Shown here: positions 38,157 to 47,607 of the stretch, piece by piece | Position numbering within the stretch: position 1 is the first letter of the stretch | Layout of the letters: each line of letters begins with the position of its first letter | Source of the DNA: an uncultured Mariniplasma sp. | GTDB lineage: Bacteria > Bacillota_I > Bacilli_A > Acholeplasmatales > Acholeplasmataceae | Assembly (NCBI GenBank): GCA_964625435.1 | Contig: CAZVDQ010000003.1 | Coordinates: 19,589 to 83,588, forward strand | Direction of reading: 5' to 3' | DNA length: 64,000 nt | The notes under the pieces: generated by a model | Told to the model about the DNA's origin: nothing | What the model saw: the letters and a program-made list of their open reading frames with translations, nothing else | The model's database searches: none | Translations under genes and position numbers: made by a program

Positions 38157-41123
38157 TTAAACAATTCTAACTGATTCAATAACAAATGATTTTTTATTTT
38201 TATAGATGTTTTCTTTGATTCTGAAAATTCTAATCTCGTTTGTTAATAAGTCGGTATATTTTGTATAAACTTCATTAAAAATAGTTGCTTCTATTTGAAT
38301 CATGCCATCATCTAATTCAACAAATGCCATCGTTTTTGATTGTTTGGTTTTAATCGTTTTAATTTTTTTGATGTAAGCTAAAACTTCAATTTCTTTTTGT
38401 GTTTCTAATGCACTTAATGTTCTTAAATGTTGAGATTTAATAATGTCTTGATATGCCATCATGGGATTGTATATGATATTAAACCCAAGCGCTTCCTTCT
38501 CATATTCTGCTTTTTCTGCAAATGAATAATCAGTAGAAATCATCATCTTATAATCCGTTACATATTGTTCGTATCCAGCATTATCAATTTGTTTATGGTC
38601 AATTAGGGTTTTGTGATTCAATTCAAATTTATCAAGTGCTCCACTATGAATCAACATTTCAACATTTTTTTCATTTAAATCTTTTTTCATTCTTAATTTA
38701 AAGTTTTGATAATCTGTAAATTCCCCTTTATCACGTTCTTCAATCACTTTTTGCACAGTTAATCTACCTATGCTTTTTATAGCTAATAAAGGTAAGTATA
38801 TTGCTTGATCATCGTAGATATATTGGTCAGTGGAATGGCTAATTGATGGGGAAAGCACTTTAATCTGATGTCTTTTTACTTCATTAATATAATCAACTGT
38901 CACGCCTTCATTTCCTGTAACACTCGATAAAAGGATTGTCATAAACAATGGAAAATAATTTGCTTTTAAGTAAGCCATTTGATAGGCAACAAGCGCGTAA
39001 GCAACACTGTGGCTTCTGTTAAATCCGTAATCAGCAAATTTAACGATATAGTTATATATTTGTTCGCTAATTTCAGCACTATATGATTTTTCTTGGCACT
39101 TCTTTATAAATCTCTTTCTTTCCTCTTCGAGAATATGCTTATCTTTTTTTGATATACCTCTTCTTAATAGATCAGCTTCAGCTAAAGTATAACCTGCAAA
39201 TTCATTTGCAATTCTCATAATTTGTTCTTGATAAACAATAATTCCGTAAGTAGGTTTTAAAATTGTTTCTAATTTGGGATGAATATAATCAAATGATTTC
39301 CCATTTCTTCTTGCGATATATTCATCTATATTATCCATTGGACCTGGTCTAAATAAAGCTAAAATTGCCACTAAATCTTCAAATTGATTTGGTTTTAATT
39401 TTCTAAGAACAGCACGCATTCCCATTGATTCTAATTGGAATATTCCACTAGTTTCGGCACTTTCTAAAAGTTCATAAGTCTTCTTGTCGTCTAATGTTAA
39501 TTCAGCTAAATTGAATGATTCTCCTGTTTTTTTAATCATTGAAATCACTTCATCGATAACTGCTAGATTTCTAATACCTAAAAAGTCAATTTTTAACAAT
39601 CCTAACGATTCCAGATCTTTAGCTTCTAGTTGACTTTGATAAAAGTCATACAACCCTTTTTGCAAAGGAATATGGTTCATTAAATCCTGCTGAGCCAAAA
39701 TCATACCAGCAGCATGCGTTCCAGTATGTCTAGGGAGACCTTCTATCTTTTTAGCAACGTTCAATAATCTGACCATTTCGTAATCTGTTTCATCAACATC
39801 ATCATTAATTACTCTTTGAATAATACCTTTAACCCTTGATGGGTCAATTTTCATCACTCGAGCAATATCACGTATGGATGATCTAAGTGCGAATGTTCCA
39901 AAAGTAACAATTGAAACAATATGGTGATCACCATATTTTTGTTTTACATATTGGAGCACTTCATCTCTTTTATTATCTGGAAAATCCATATCAATGTCTG
40001 GCATACTGATTCTTTCCGGATTTAAAAATCTTTCAAACAATAAATCATATGTGATTGGATCAACATCTGTAATTCCCAAACAATAAGCAACAAGGGAACC
40101 TGCAGATGATCCACGACCCGGACCCACTAAAATACCATGTGTTTTCGCATACTTAACAAAATCATAAACGATTAAGAAGTAATTATCAAAACCCATTTTA
40201 TGGATGACAGATAATTCATAAAGTAATCTATCTTGATATACCTTAATATTTGCATTTGGAATTTTTGTTAATCTTTTTTTCAATCCAATTTTTGCTAATG
40301 ATCGTAAAAATTGACTTGGTGTTCCATCTTCAACTTGATAAATTGGCATTTCAAATTGGGGTTCTTTCCATTCATAAACGATAGAATCTATCATAAGTTT
40401 TAAACTATCAAATACATAGGGATAATCAGAAAACATTTGAATAAGTTCTTTTTTTGATAAAAATGCATAATTGGCATCTTTTGGCATTTCATTTTTATCA
40501 TCATCAATCTTGATTAATGCTTCATAGACCTCTTTATTCTCTTTTTGAGAATATGATGTTTGATGCAATGGAACCATCTTGATTTTTACTTGTTCTGATA
40601 ATTGATACATCATTGGAGCAACTTTCATTTCATGATCAAATGTATCTAATGATAAACCCAAATAAAAATCATCAAATGATTCTTTACATTTTAAGATCCA
40701 ATATTTTGCTGTATTCAAATCCTCTTTAAGGATTGATTGATCTATTTTAGAATCTCGACCTGAACTGATAAAGATTAAACCTTTTTGCAGCGAAACAAGG
40801 AAATCAAAATCAAATGTTTTTTCATTCATATTCAAAGCGATTTTAAGTAGATTTTGATACCCTACTTCATTTTTCACATAGATTAAAAAGCCTGTTTCAT
40901 CAAGATCGGTTTGAACTTTGATCTTGAGACCTAAAACAGGTTTAAGTTTTTCTTTTTTTGCTTCGCGCATGAGTGACAACATTCCATGTAGATTTTCATC
41001 ACTTAACGCAATAAAATCATATCCCCCCTGTTTTGCTTCCTTTACTAAGGAAGAAAGGGGGATAGTATTTTTCAGCATACTATATGAACTTTGAAGATAA
41101 AGAACACCAAACACATTAATCAC
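38157..41123 (-). CDS. dnaE: DNA polymerase III alpha subunit (DnaE, short type ending at the OB fold)
   Basis: GPGRGSSAGSL, FERFLNPER.SMPDIDMD, HAAG, LLKIDFLG, YGIIVYQEQIM, YGFNRSH. Alternative GTG start at 41114. Confidence 0.97.
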   Translation of the reverse strand: MINVFGVLYLQSSYSMLKNTIPLSSLVKEAKQGGYDFIALSDENLHGMLSLMREAKKEKLKPVLGLKIKVQTDLDETGFLIYVKNEVGYQNLLKIALNMNEKTFDFDFLVSLQKGLIFISSGRDSKIDQSILKEDLNTAKYWILKCKESFDDFYLGLSLDTFDHEMKVAPMMYQLSEQVKIKMVPLHQTSYSQKENKEVYEALIKIDDDKNEMPKDANYAFLSKKELIQMFSDYPYVFDSLKLMIDSIVYEWKEPQFEMPIYQVEDGTPSQFLRSLAKIGLKKRLTKIPNANIKVYQDRLLYELSVIHKMGFDNYFLIVYDFVKYAKTHGILVGPGRGSSAGSLVAYCLGITDVDPITYDLLFERFLNPERISMPDIDMDFPDNKRDEVLQYVKQKYGDHHIVSIVTFGTFALRSSIRDIARVMKIDPSRVKGIIQRVINDDVDETDYEMVRLLNVAKKIEGLPRHTGTHAAGMILAQQDLMNHIPLQKGLYDFYQSQLEAKDLESLGLLKIDFLGIRNLAVIDEVISMIKKTGESFNLAELTLDDKKTYELLESAETSGIFQLESMGMRAVLRKLKPNQFEDLVAILALFRPGPMDNIDEYIARRNGKSFDYIHPKLETILKPTYGIIVYQEQIMRIANEFAGYTLAEADLLRRGISKKDKHILEEERKRFIKKCQEKSYSAEISEQIYNYIVKFADYGFNRSHSVAYALVAYQMAYLKANYFPLFMTILLSSVTGNEGVTVDYINEVKRHQIKVLSPSISHSTDQYIYDDQAIYLPLLAIKSIGRLTVQKVIEERDKGEFTDYQNFKLRMKKDLNEKNVEMLIHSGALDKFELNHKTLIDHKQIDNAGYEQYVTDYKMMISTDYSFAEKAEYEKEALGFNIIYNPMMAYQDIIKSQHLRTLSALETQKEIEVLAYIKKIKTIKTKQSKTMAFVELDDGMIQIEATIFNEVYTKYTDLLTNEIRIFRIKENIYKNKKSFVIESVRIV

Positions 41124-41162
41124 CTAGCTCTATTATACCAATTTAACATTGATTTATTATAT

Positions 41163-41189
41163 AAAAAAAATGCTGACGTAGCATTTTTT
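41163..41189 (-). terminator. Intrinsic terminator after flavodoxin
   Basis: AAAAAATGC-TACGTCA-GCATTTTTTTT on the minus strand. Confidence 0.6.
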
Positions 41190-41197
41190 CAAATTGA

Positions 41198-41626
41198 TTA
41201 GAATTTTGCAAATGCTTCACCAAAAGCAATACAACTTTCTTCTTCTTCACCGCTTGGTGTTGAATTAATTTTAAAACCTTCATCATAAAGAATTGCACCG
41301 ATTTCTTTGACATGTTCTTGCCAAATATCCATCCACTCTCCATCACCCCATCCATATGATCCAAATAGAGCAATCTTTTTACCTTGAAGTGTCTTTTCAA
41401 TCCCATTAAAAAAGGGTTCGAATTCATCTTCTTCAAGATTTTCTACACCCATTGCTGGACATCCAAAAATCAATTTATTGTAATTAGAAACATCATCTAT
41501 ATTAACCTTATATATCGGTTTATAATCTACTTTTGTACCAGTTTTTTCTATTCCTTCTTTTATTTTTTCTGCCATAATTTCAGTATTTCCAGTTCCACTC
41601 CAAAAAGTTAGTAATACATCTGCCAT
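41198..41626 (-). CDS. Short-chain flavodoxin
   Basis: SGTGNTEIMA FMN loop, GCPAMG, LFGSYGWG.G.W; AAGGAG RBS. Confidence 0.95.
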   Translation of the reverse strand: MADVLLTFWSGTGNTEIMAEKIKEGIEKTGTKVDYKPIYKVNIDDVSNYNKLIFGCPAMGVENLEEDEFEPFFNGIEKTLQGKKIALFGSYGWGDGEWMDIWQEHVKEIGAILYDEGFKINSTPSGEEEESCIAFGEAFAKF

Positions 41627-41669
41627 ATTAACAATCTCCTTTTATTAAAACATTTCTATGTCAATAGAC

Positions 41670-41698
41670 ATTATAGAGTAAATGAAATAGTTTGTCAA
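41670..41698 (-). promoter_or_regulatory. Consensus sigma70 promoter of flavodoxin
   Basis: TTGACA (41698-41693), 17-nt spacer, TATAAT (41675-41670). Confidence 0.8.
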
Positions 41699-41708
41699 AG
41701 ACTTGACC

Positions 41709-43781
41709 CTATGTCATTTTACGATATAAATAGTAACAAGCTCCAATCCCAATTAATGTAACCATTAAAACGGGCAAGTAATCTGTGATTTCATTTGTAA
41801 CTTCTCGAGGAGTAATAATTACTTCCCTAACTTGTGTTGTATAGTTACCTCTTTCGTCAGATATAACATAAGTTACTTCTTTTTTTCCTGGATGACTAGT
41901 ATCCAAAATTTCAGGAAATACATGGATTTCTATTTGATTAAGATTATCGAATGTTGTTATTCCTATCAACGGATCAAAATATTCACCTGTATAAAGCGTC
42001 ATTTGTGTCATTTCAACTGATGGAGGAGTTCTATCATCAATTGTGATATATAATTTCTTTTCTGTCCTATTCATCGAATAATCTTGCAACTCATAAGAGA
42101 TAACATAAACACCTAACGATTCATAATCTATATCACCATTTATTGTCATATCATCAACCGACAACATATCATAATTATCAGAAATATCTGAAATATATGA
42201 TGTGAGATTAACGGGTTGTGAAAAGATTTCAAGTGTCAATAATGATTGCTTTAGTGTAAATTCAGGTTCAATTATATCAATAACTATGATTGTTGTCTCT
42301 AATTCCCTAATGTTATTGGATAAATCATATGCGTATACCCAAAGAGTATAAATTCCAATGTTCTCATAATCAACCAATGTATCATCAATTTCAATTGAAA
42401 TTTGATTTACACCATCATAGTTATCGTTAGCTTCAAAATAATAAGTGACATCTTTTGCCATAAAATCAGTGATGATGATGTCATTAAGCTGATTAATCAT
42501 AGGCGGTATACAATCAACAATTTCAACATATGTTCCCAAAAAAGCTTTATTTCCGGATTCATCTGTGACCTCAAAAATAATAGGATATTTTCCAACTTTA
42601 TCCATTTTTACAGATTCACTCATTTTAAAAATCAAATCTTCAAAATCGTCATAATTATCTCCATATTCAACATAATCAATGTAGAAAGGTTCAGCATCAA
42701 AAACATCAAATATTAGAGGAGAAATAAGATGAATAGTTGGTTTCTCATCATCAATCACACTAATTTTCATCTTGAGATCAAAACAATTACCCGATAAATC
42801 TTCAATGTGATAATACACGTCATAGACACCTAACACATTAAACTCGATATCAAACCAAAATTGAACATCCAAAATACTAACTTCATCATAATTATCACTC
42901 ACACTCAATATATAATCGTAAAAGTCAATTTCACTTGGAGATGTGAAAACCGGAATTGGGGGCGGTTGACTTTTAACAATGATAGATGGAGATTCATCAT
43001 CAACAATAATAAGACTATAAAATCTTTCTGTTGACAAAAGATTCTTATCTATTGCAGTAAGTAAAACCACATAAGTTCCTAATTTTTGAAAGTCCACATG
43101 CGTTGTATCAACTACAACATCGGGAAACGGATCATCATTATCAGAAATATCAAAATAATCTTGCCACTCAAATGATTTTCCAAATGGTAAAATCAATGCT
43201 TCTTTTTGAACAATTACCGGTGCGAGATAGTCATATATTTCAAGCGAAGATACTCCTTGTGATATATTACCTGATGAATCTGAAATTTGATAGAATATAT
43301 CATAGGTCCCAACCTGATTTAATATGACTTCAAAGCTATTAACACTTACATTGAGATACTCGGAGTCATCATAATTATCAGATATAATTATTCCCTCAAA
43401 CAAATCTGGCATACGCTCACCTAAAGGTATCCTAAAGATGGGTAATTGGATAATTGTTGGGGAAATAAGATCGACGATATTAAAAACAATATCTTGAGTT
43501 TGGACAATCTGATATGTGGGAAATGTGACGCGATATCGAATGGTAAACGTTCTAATGTAATTTGTTGTGACTACCGAAAAAAAGGTGTGATCTACACCAT
43601 CTCGCTCATAGTACATAAGTGGATCATCAACTTGGATATTTCCGATAAATAGTTGAGCTTCGGGTAGTTCTTTATAATCATCTATTTGTGAGAATAGAGG
43701 AATATCAAGAAAATCATTAATCCAATCAACCCTTACTGATAAAATTGTAAAAAAACTAAAAAAGGATAATAAAAAGGACAT
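41709..43781 (-). CDS. Surface protein with about 7 bacterial Ig-like (DUF5011/HYR-like) repeats and C-terminal TM anchor
   Basis: Repeats start D..(A/S/K)P.I and contain D.YD and G.Y.V.Y...D.SGN; hydrophobic N-terminus; C-terminal TM followed by RK. Confidence 0.8.
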   Translation of the reverse strand: MSFLLSFFSFFTILSVRVDWINDFLDIPLFSQIDDYKELPEAQLFIGNIQVDDPLMYYERDGVDHTFFSVVTTNYIRTFTIRYRVTFPTYQIVQTQDIVFNIVDLISPTIIQLPIFRIPLGERMPDLFEGIIISDNYDDSEYLNVSVNSFEVILNQVGTYDIFYQISDSSGNISQGVSSLEIYDYLAPVIVQKEALILPFGKSFEWQDYFDISDNDDPFPDVVVDTTHVDFQKLGTYVVLLTAIDKNLLSTERFYSLIIVDDESPSIIVKSQPPPIPVFTSPSEIDFYDYILSVSDNYDEVSILDVQFWFDIEFNVLGVYDVYYHIEDLSGNCFDLKMKISVIDDEKPTIHLISPLIFDVFDAEPFYIDYVEYGDNYDDFEDLIFKMSESVKMDKVGKYPIIFEVTDESGNKAFLGTYVEIVDCIPPMINQLNDIIITDFMAKDVTYYFEANDNYDGVNQISIEIDDTLVDYENIGIYTLWVYAYDLSNNIRELETTIIVIDIIEPEFTLKQSLLTLEIFSQPVNLTSYISDISDNYDMLSVDDMTINGDIDYESLGVYVISYELQDYSMNRTEKKLYITIDDRTPPSVEMTQMTLYTGEYFDPLIGITTFDNLNQIEIHVFPEILDTSHPGKKEVTYVISDERGNYTTQVREVIITPREVTNEITDYLPVLMVTLIGIGACYYLYRKMT

Positions 43782-43831
43782 CTAATCACCTCTATCTTAT
43801 GATAGTGTGTACGACGTCCTTTTACTTGAAA

Positions 43832-45670
43832 TCAAAGATTATCTTCGTATTCTTTCGCTTTTTCCTTAATGAATTGATTTCGATAGAGTTCATAGTAAGC
43901 GCCTTTTTTAGCAAGTAACTCCTCATGAGAACCCATTTCAACTATTTCACCCATCTCAAGCATAACAATCAAATCAGAATTAACAATCGTTGATAATCTA
44001 TGTGCTACAATAAAGCTTGTTCGATCGTTTAATAACATATCTGTAGCTTTCTGAATGATTACTTCAGATTCAGAATCAATTGATGATGTTGCTTCATCTA
44101 AAATCAAAATTCTTGGATTTGCCAAAACTGCACGTGAAAATGATATTAATTGTTTTTGTCCAACAGATAATAAATTTCCGCCTTCTCCAACAAATGTCTG
44201 ATATCCTAAATCCATATTTTTAACAAAGTCATCAACACCAACAATTTTGGCGGCATCAATTACTTCATCATCGGTTGCATTTAATCTACCATATCGAATG
44301 TTTTCCATAACTGTCGTGCTAAATAAATGTGGGCTTTGAAGTACGTAACCTAATTTACTATGAAGCCAATGAATACTTCTATCTCGATATTCTTTACCAT
44401 CAATTAAGATAGCTCCGGATTTAGGTTCATAGAACCTTGATAAAAGGTTAACAATTGTTGTTTTTCCAGATCCTGTATGTCCAACTAAAGCTACACTTTG
44501 ACCCGCTTTCACTTTTAAGTTGAAATTGGTTAAAATATTCTCGTTTTCCTTATAATAAAATGTAACATCTCTAAATTCAATATCTCCAACTAAAGGTTCC
44601 CAATTTTCCTTGTGATCATCAAAGAGAGAACCATATTTTTCTTCAACTTCTTTCGTATCTACTAAATCAGATTTTGTCTCTATTAGGCTAACAATGCGTT
44701 CTGCAGAGGCTTGGGCGTTTTGTAGATCAGAGACAATTGTTGACAGTGCCATAACAGGTTCAAAAAAATTAATTGTATAAGCAATAAACATCTGTAAGGT
44801 CCCAATTGTAACAATAGTTTCAAGAACAAATACAGAACCTCTAACTATTGTAGTTGCAACCGCAAAATATGCAATAACTAAGATAATTGATGAGAAAAGA
44901 GCTGATGATATAACTGCCCTTACACTATACCGTTTTAATTGGTATGCCGTTTCAGAAAATTCAAAATAATTGTTATCTTCAATACTTAAACTCTTTGTTG
45001 TTTTTGCTCCTAAAAATCCTTCATTATACTGTGCTGTCAACTGAGAATTATATCTTCTAGCAATTCGATGTTGTTTTAAAATAAGTTTTCTAAAAACAAA
45101 TGCGACAAAAAGCATAATGGGTAATGCAACTGTAATGATTAGTGCTAGTTTAAAAAATGTAAGGTATAAAATAACTAAAATAATGACCATTGAGAAAGTA
45201 GCCCATACAAAATCAATAATTCCCCAAGATATAATCAAAGATAATTTTCTTGCGTCAGAAGTCATTCTGGCCATAATCCAACCTTGTGGTGTTTTATCAA
45301 AATAAGTATGTGATAGCTTTTGAAGATTCTTAAATGCTTGTCTTCTTAGTTCATAGCTAACTTCTGCTTCAATAATTCCTGCTTGATAGATAAAACCCCA
45401 TATGCCAAACCCAAAACCACACGCTACAAGGATATTAACTACTACAAAGTATGGCCATGAAGAATAGTCCCCACCAATGAAAAAGGTATCAATTGCATAT
45501 CGATTAATCAATGGAAACGCACTATCCAAAAGTGCAATGAAACCTGAAAAGAGGATCAAAAGCATAATCCTTTTTTTCGACTTAAATACGATTGTAATTA
45601 TCTTTTTCCAAGTTCCAAGTTGAACTTTATATAAGATATCTTGATCTTCTTCATGATGCATCGCTATCAC
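43832..45670 (-). CDS. Type IV ABC exporter subunit, consensus-Walker-B half
   Basis: GHTGSGKT, signature LSVGQ, ILDEATSSID, VAHRLS. Confidence 0.9.
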   Translation of the reverse strand: MIAMHHEEDQDILYKVQLGTWKKIITIVFKSKKRIMLLILFSGFIALLDSAFPLINRYAIDTFFIGGDYSSWPYFVVVNILVACGFGFGIWGFIYQAGIIEAEVSYELRRQAFKNLQKLSHTYFDKTPQGWIMARMTSDARKLSLIISWGIIDFVWATFSMVIILVILYLTFFKLALIITVALPIMLFVAFVFRKLILKQHRIARRYNSQLTAQYNEGFLGAKTTKSLSIEDNNYFEFSETAYQLKRYSVRAVISSALFSSIILVIAYFAVATTIVRGSVFVLETIVTIGTLQMFIAYTINFFEPVMALSTIVSDLQNAQASAERIVSLIETKSDLVDTKEVEEKYGSLFDDHKENWEPLVGDIEFRDVTFYYKENENILTNFNLKVKAGQSVALVGHTGSGKTTIVNLLSRFYEPKSGAILIDGKEYRDRSIHWLHSKLGYVLQSPHLFSTTVMENIRYGRLNATDDEVIDAAKIVGVDDFVKNMDLGYQTFVGEGGNLLSVGQKQLISFSRAVLANPRILILDEATSSIDSESEVIIQKATDMLLNDRTSFIVAHRLSTIVNSDLIVMLEMGEIVEMGSHEELLAKKGAYYELYRNQFIKEKAKEYEDNL

Positions 45671-47495
45671 CTCTTTTCACAAGATCCTGGAATTCTTTTT
45701 CAAGTTTGCCTTGAATGCTCCATAACTTTTGATATAAACCCGGTGTTTTGCTTAAAGTTTCATGTGTCCCTATAACTTCAATCTTACCTTGTTCCAAAAC
45801 AATTATTAAATCAGCTTCTCTAGCTGTTGTTATTCTATGTGTAATAATGATTGTTGTATGCTTATAGTTTTTATTCTTTAATGCTTCTCTAATCATCGTG
45901 TCAGTTTTTGTATCGACTGCAGAAAGTGCATCATCAAAAATCAAGATTGGTTTATCTGAAACCAAGACTCTAGCAATTGCTACTCTTTGCTTTTGACCAC
46001 CCGAGAGGGTCGTTCCTTTTTCACCAACAATCGTTTCATAACCTTGTTTAAAAGTTTTAATATCTTTTTCTAGTGCAGCAACTTCTGCTGCCATATAAAT
46101 ACGATCTTTTGCAGCATTTTTATGTGCAATAGCAATATTTTCATAAACTGTTTTTGAATAAAGGAATGGATCTTGAAGAACAACACCTACTTGAGTTCTC
46201 ATATGCTTTTTCTTGATATCTCTAAGTGAAATTCCATCAACAAAGATATCCCCATTTTGATATTCGTACATTCTAAGTAATAAATTAATAATTGTCGATT
46301 TACCACTACCTGTTCTACCAATAATTGCAACTGTTTGTCCCGCTTCAATTTTAAAATTAACTTTTTTTAACAAATGCTCATTTGTATCTTCAAATTTAAA
46401 TGATACATCTCTAAATTCAATATTGCCTTGAATTTCTGGAGTTTGTGTACCATCATCATCATATTCGCTTGGTTTATCCAATATTTCATTGATACGATCT
46501 GATGCTACTAGTGCTTTCCCAAAATCATTGATCATTCTACCTAACCCACGTATTGGCCAAATGAGCATACCAACTAAAGCAAGTGATGCAACAACACCTG
46601 CAGCGTCCATCAATCCTCTTTGAACATAGTAAACACCAATTGCTATAATCACTAAGTATTGAGCAATACCAATGAAATCCATTGCACCCCAATATACAGC
46701 AACAATCTTATTTGCTTTGATTAAGGCATCTGCATATTCCTTATTTTTGTTTGTCATTTTTTCAATTTCATACATTTCATTTGCAAATGCTTTTACAACT
46801 CTGGTTCCCGATAAGTTTTCTTGAATAACTGTCATCATTTTTGATTCAGTAAGTTCGATATTCATAAATATTTTATCAATTTTCAAGAAATATATAGTTG
46901 AAGAGACCGCAACAAAAGGAATGATTGCAAGGGATACCCAAACCATTGTTTTATTAATTAAAAATATTTGATAAGCACCAAAAAATAATGTTGCTAACAG
47001 ATGAACAACATCAAGCATTCTTCCCGATAAAAATCCTGTTGTTGATTCAACATCAGTTGTACTTCTTTGAATTAAATCGCCGGTATCTGTATTATTATGA
47101 AACTGATAGCTTAAATCCTGTATATGCCCATATAGGCGAATGCGTAATTTTTCTGCCATTCTTTCCTGTAGATAACCTCTAGACCACATTTCAAAAAATC
47201 TAAGTGAAAATCTAAAGACTTGAAGAATCATTAAAGAAATAGCAATTCTCATAATAATTTCCATAACATTTTGTGTTTTTGTAAAATATGAAAGCAAAAA
47301 AGCAGGCAAATGAACTTCACCTACACTAACATTACCAACCGCAATTCCTGGTTGCGCCATTAATGTTTTGATTAAAAATTGTGTAAACAAGGGAACATTC
47401 GAATAAGTCCATTGATGAATGGCTGTCAATAATGCACCAATTAAAAAAAGTACGAAGAAGCCCTTTGCTAAGCGGAATAGTTTGATAACTCGCAT
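45651..47495 (-). CDS. Type IV ABC exporter subunit, degenerate-Walker-B half
   Basis: GRTGSGKS, LSGGQ, IFDDALSAVD, ITHR; GAGGAGG RBS. Confidence 0.9.
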   Translation of the reverse strand: MRVIKLFRLAKGFFVLFLIGALLTAIHQWTYSNVPLFTQFLIKTLMAQPGIAVGNVSVGEVHLPAFLLSYFTKTQNVMEIIMRIAISLMILQVFRFSLRFFEMWSRGYLQERMAEKLRIRLYGHIQDLSYQFHNNTDTGDLIQRSTTDVESTTGFLSGRMLDVVHLLATLFFGAYQIFLINKTMVWVSLAIIPFVAVSSTIYFLKIDKIFMNIELTESKMMTVIQENLSGTRVVKAFANEMYEIEKMTNKNKEYADALIKANKIVAVYWGAMDFIGIAQYLVIIAIGVYYVQRGLMDAAGVVASLALVGMLIWPIRGLGRMINDFGKALVASDRINEILDKPSEYDDDGTQTPEIQGNIEFRDVSFKFEDTNEHLLKKVNFKIEAGQTVAIIGRTGSGKSTIINLLLRMYEYQNGDIFVDGISLRDIKKKHMRTQVGVVLQDPFLYSKTVYENIAIAHKNAAKDRIYMAAEVAALEKDIKTFKQGYETIVGEKGTTLSGGQKQRVAIARVLVSDKPILIFDDALSAVDTKTDTMIREALKNKNYKHTTIIITHRITTAREADLIIVLEQGKIEVIGTHETLSKTPGLYQKLWSIQGKLEKEFQDLVKRGDSDAS

Positions 47496-47511
47496 ATTGT
47501 TCCCTCCTCAG

Positions 47512-47548
47512 CTTATATAAGTATATAAGATTTTTTAAATTTAGTCAA
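47512..47548 (-). promoter_or_regulatory. Promoter of the third ABC pair with a palindrome over the -10 and start site
   Basis: TTGACT (47548-47543), 17-nt spacer, TATACT (47525-47520); CTTATAT-N4-ATATAAG at 47512-47529. Confidence 0.6.
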
Positions 47549-47607
47549 TTTTTGAATAAAATATGCGTTTTTTTAACTAATAAAAAAGAAAAAGGGATGA
47601 AATATCC

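Noticed and set aside
47562-47579. Mini-ORF MRFFN* next to the RRNPP-like gene as a signalling peptide gene
   Set aside because: No RBS, only 5 codons and no secretion leader; expected by chance in AT-rich DNA.
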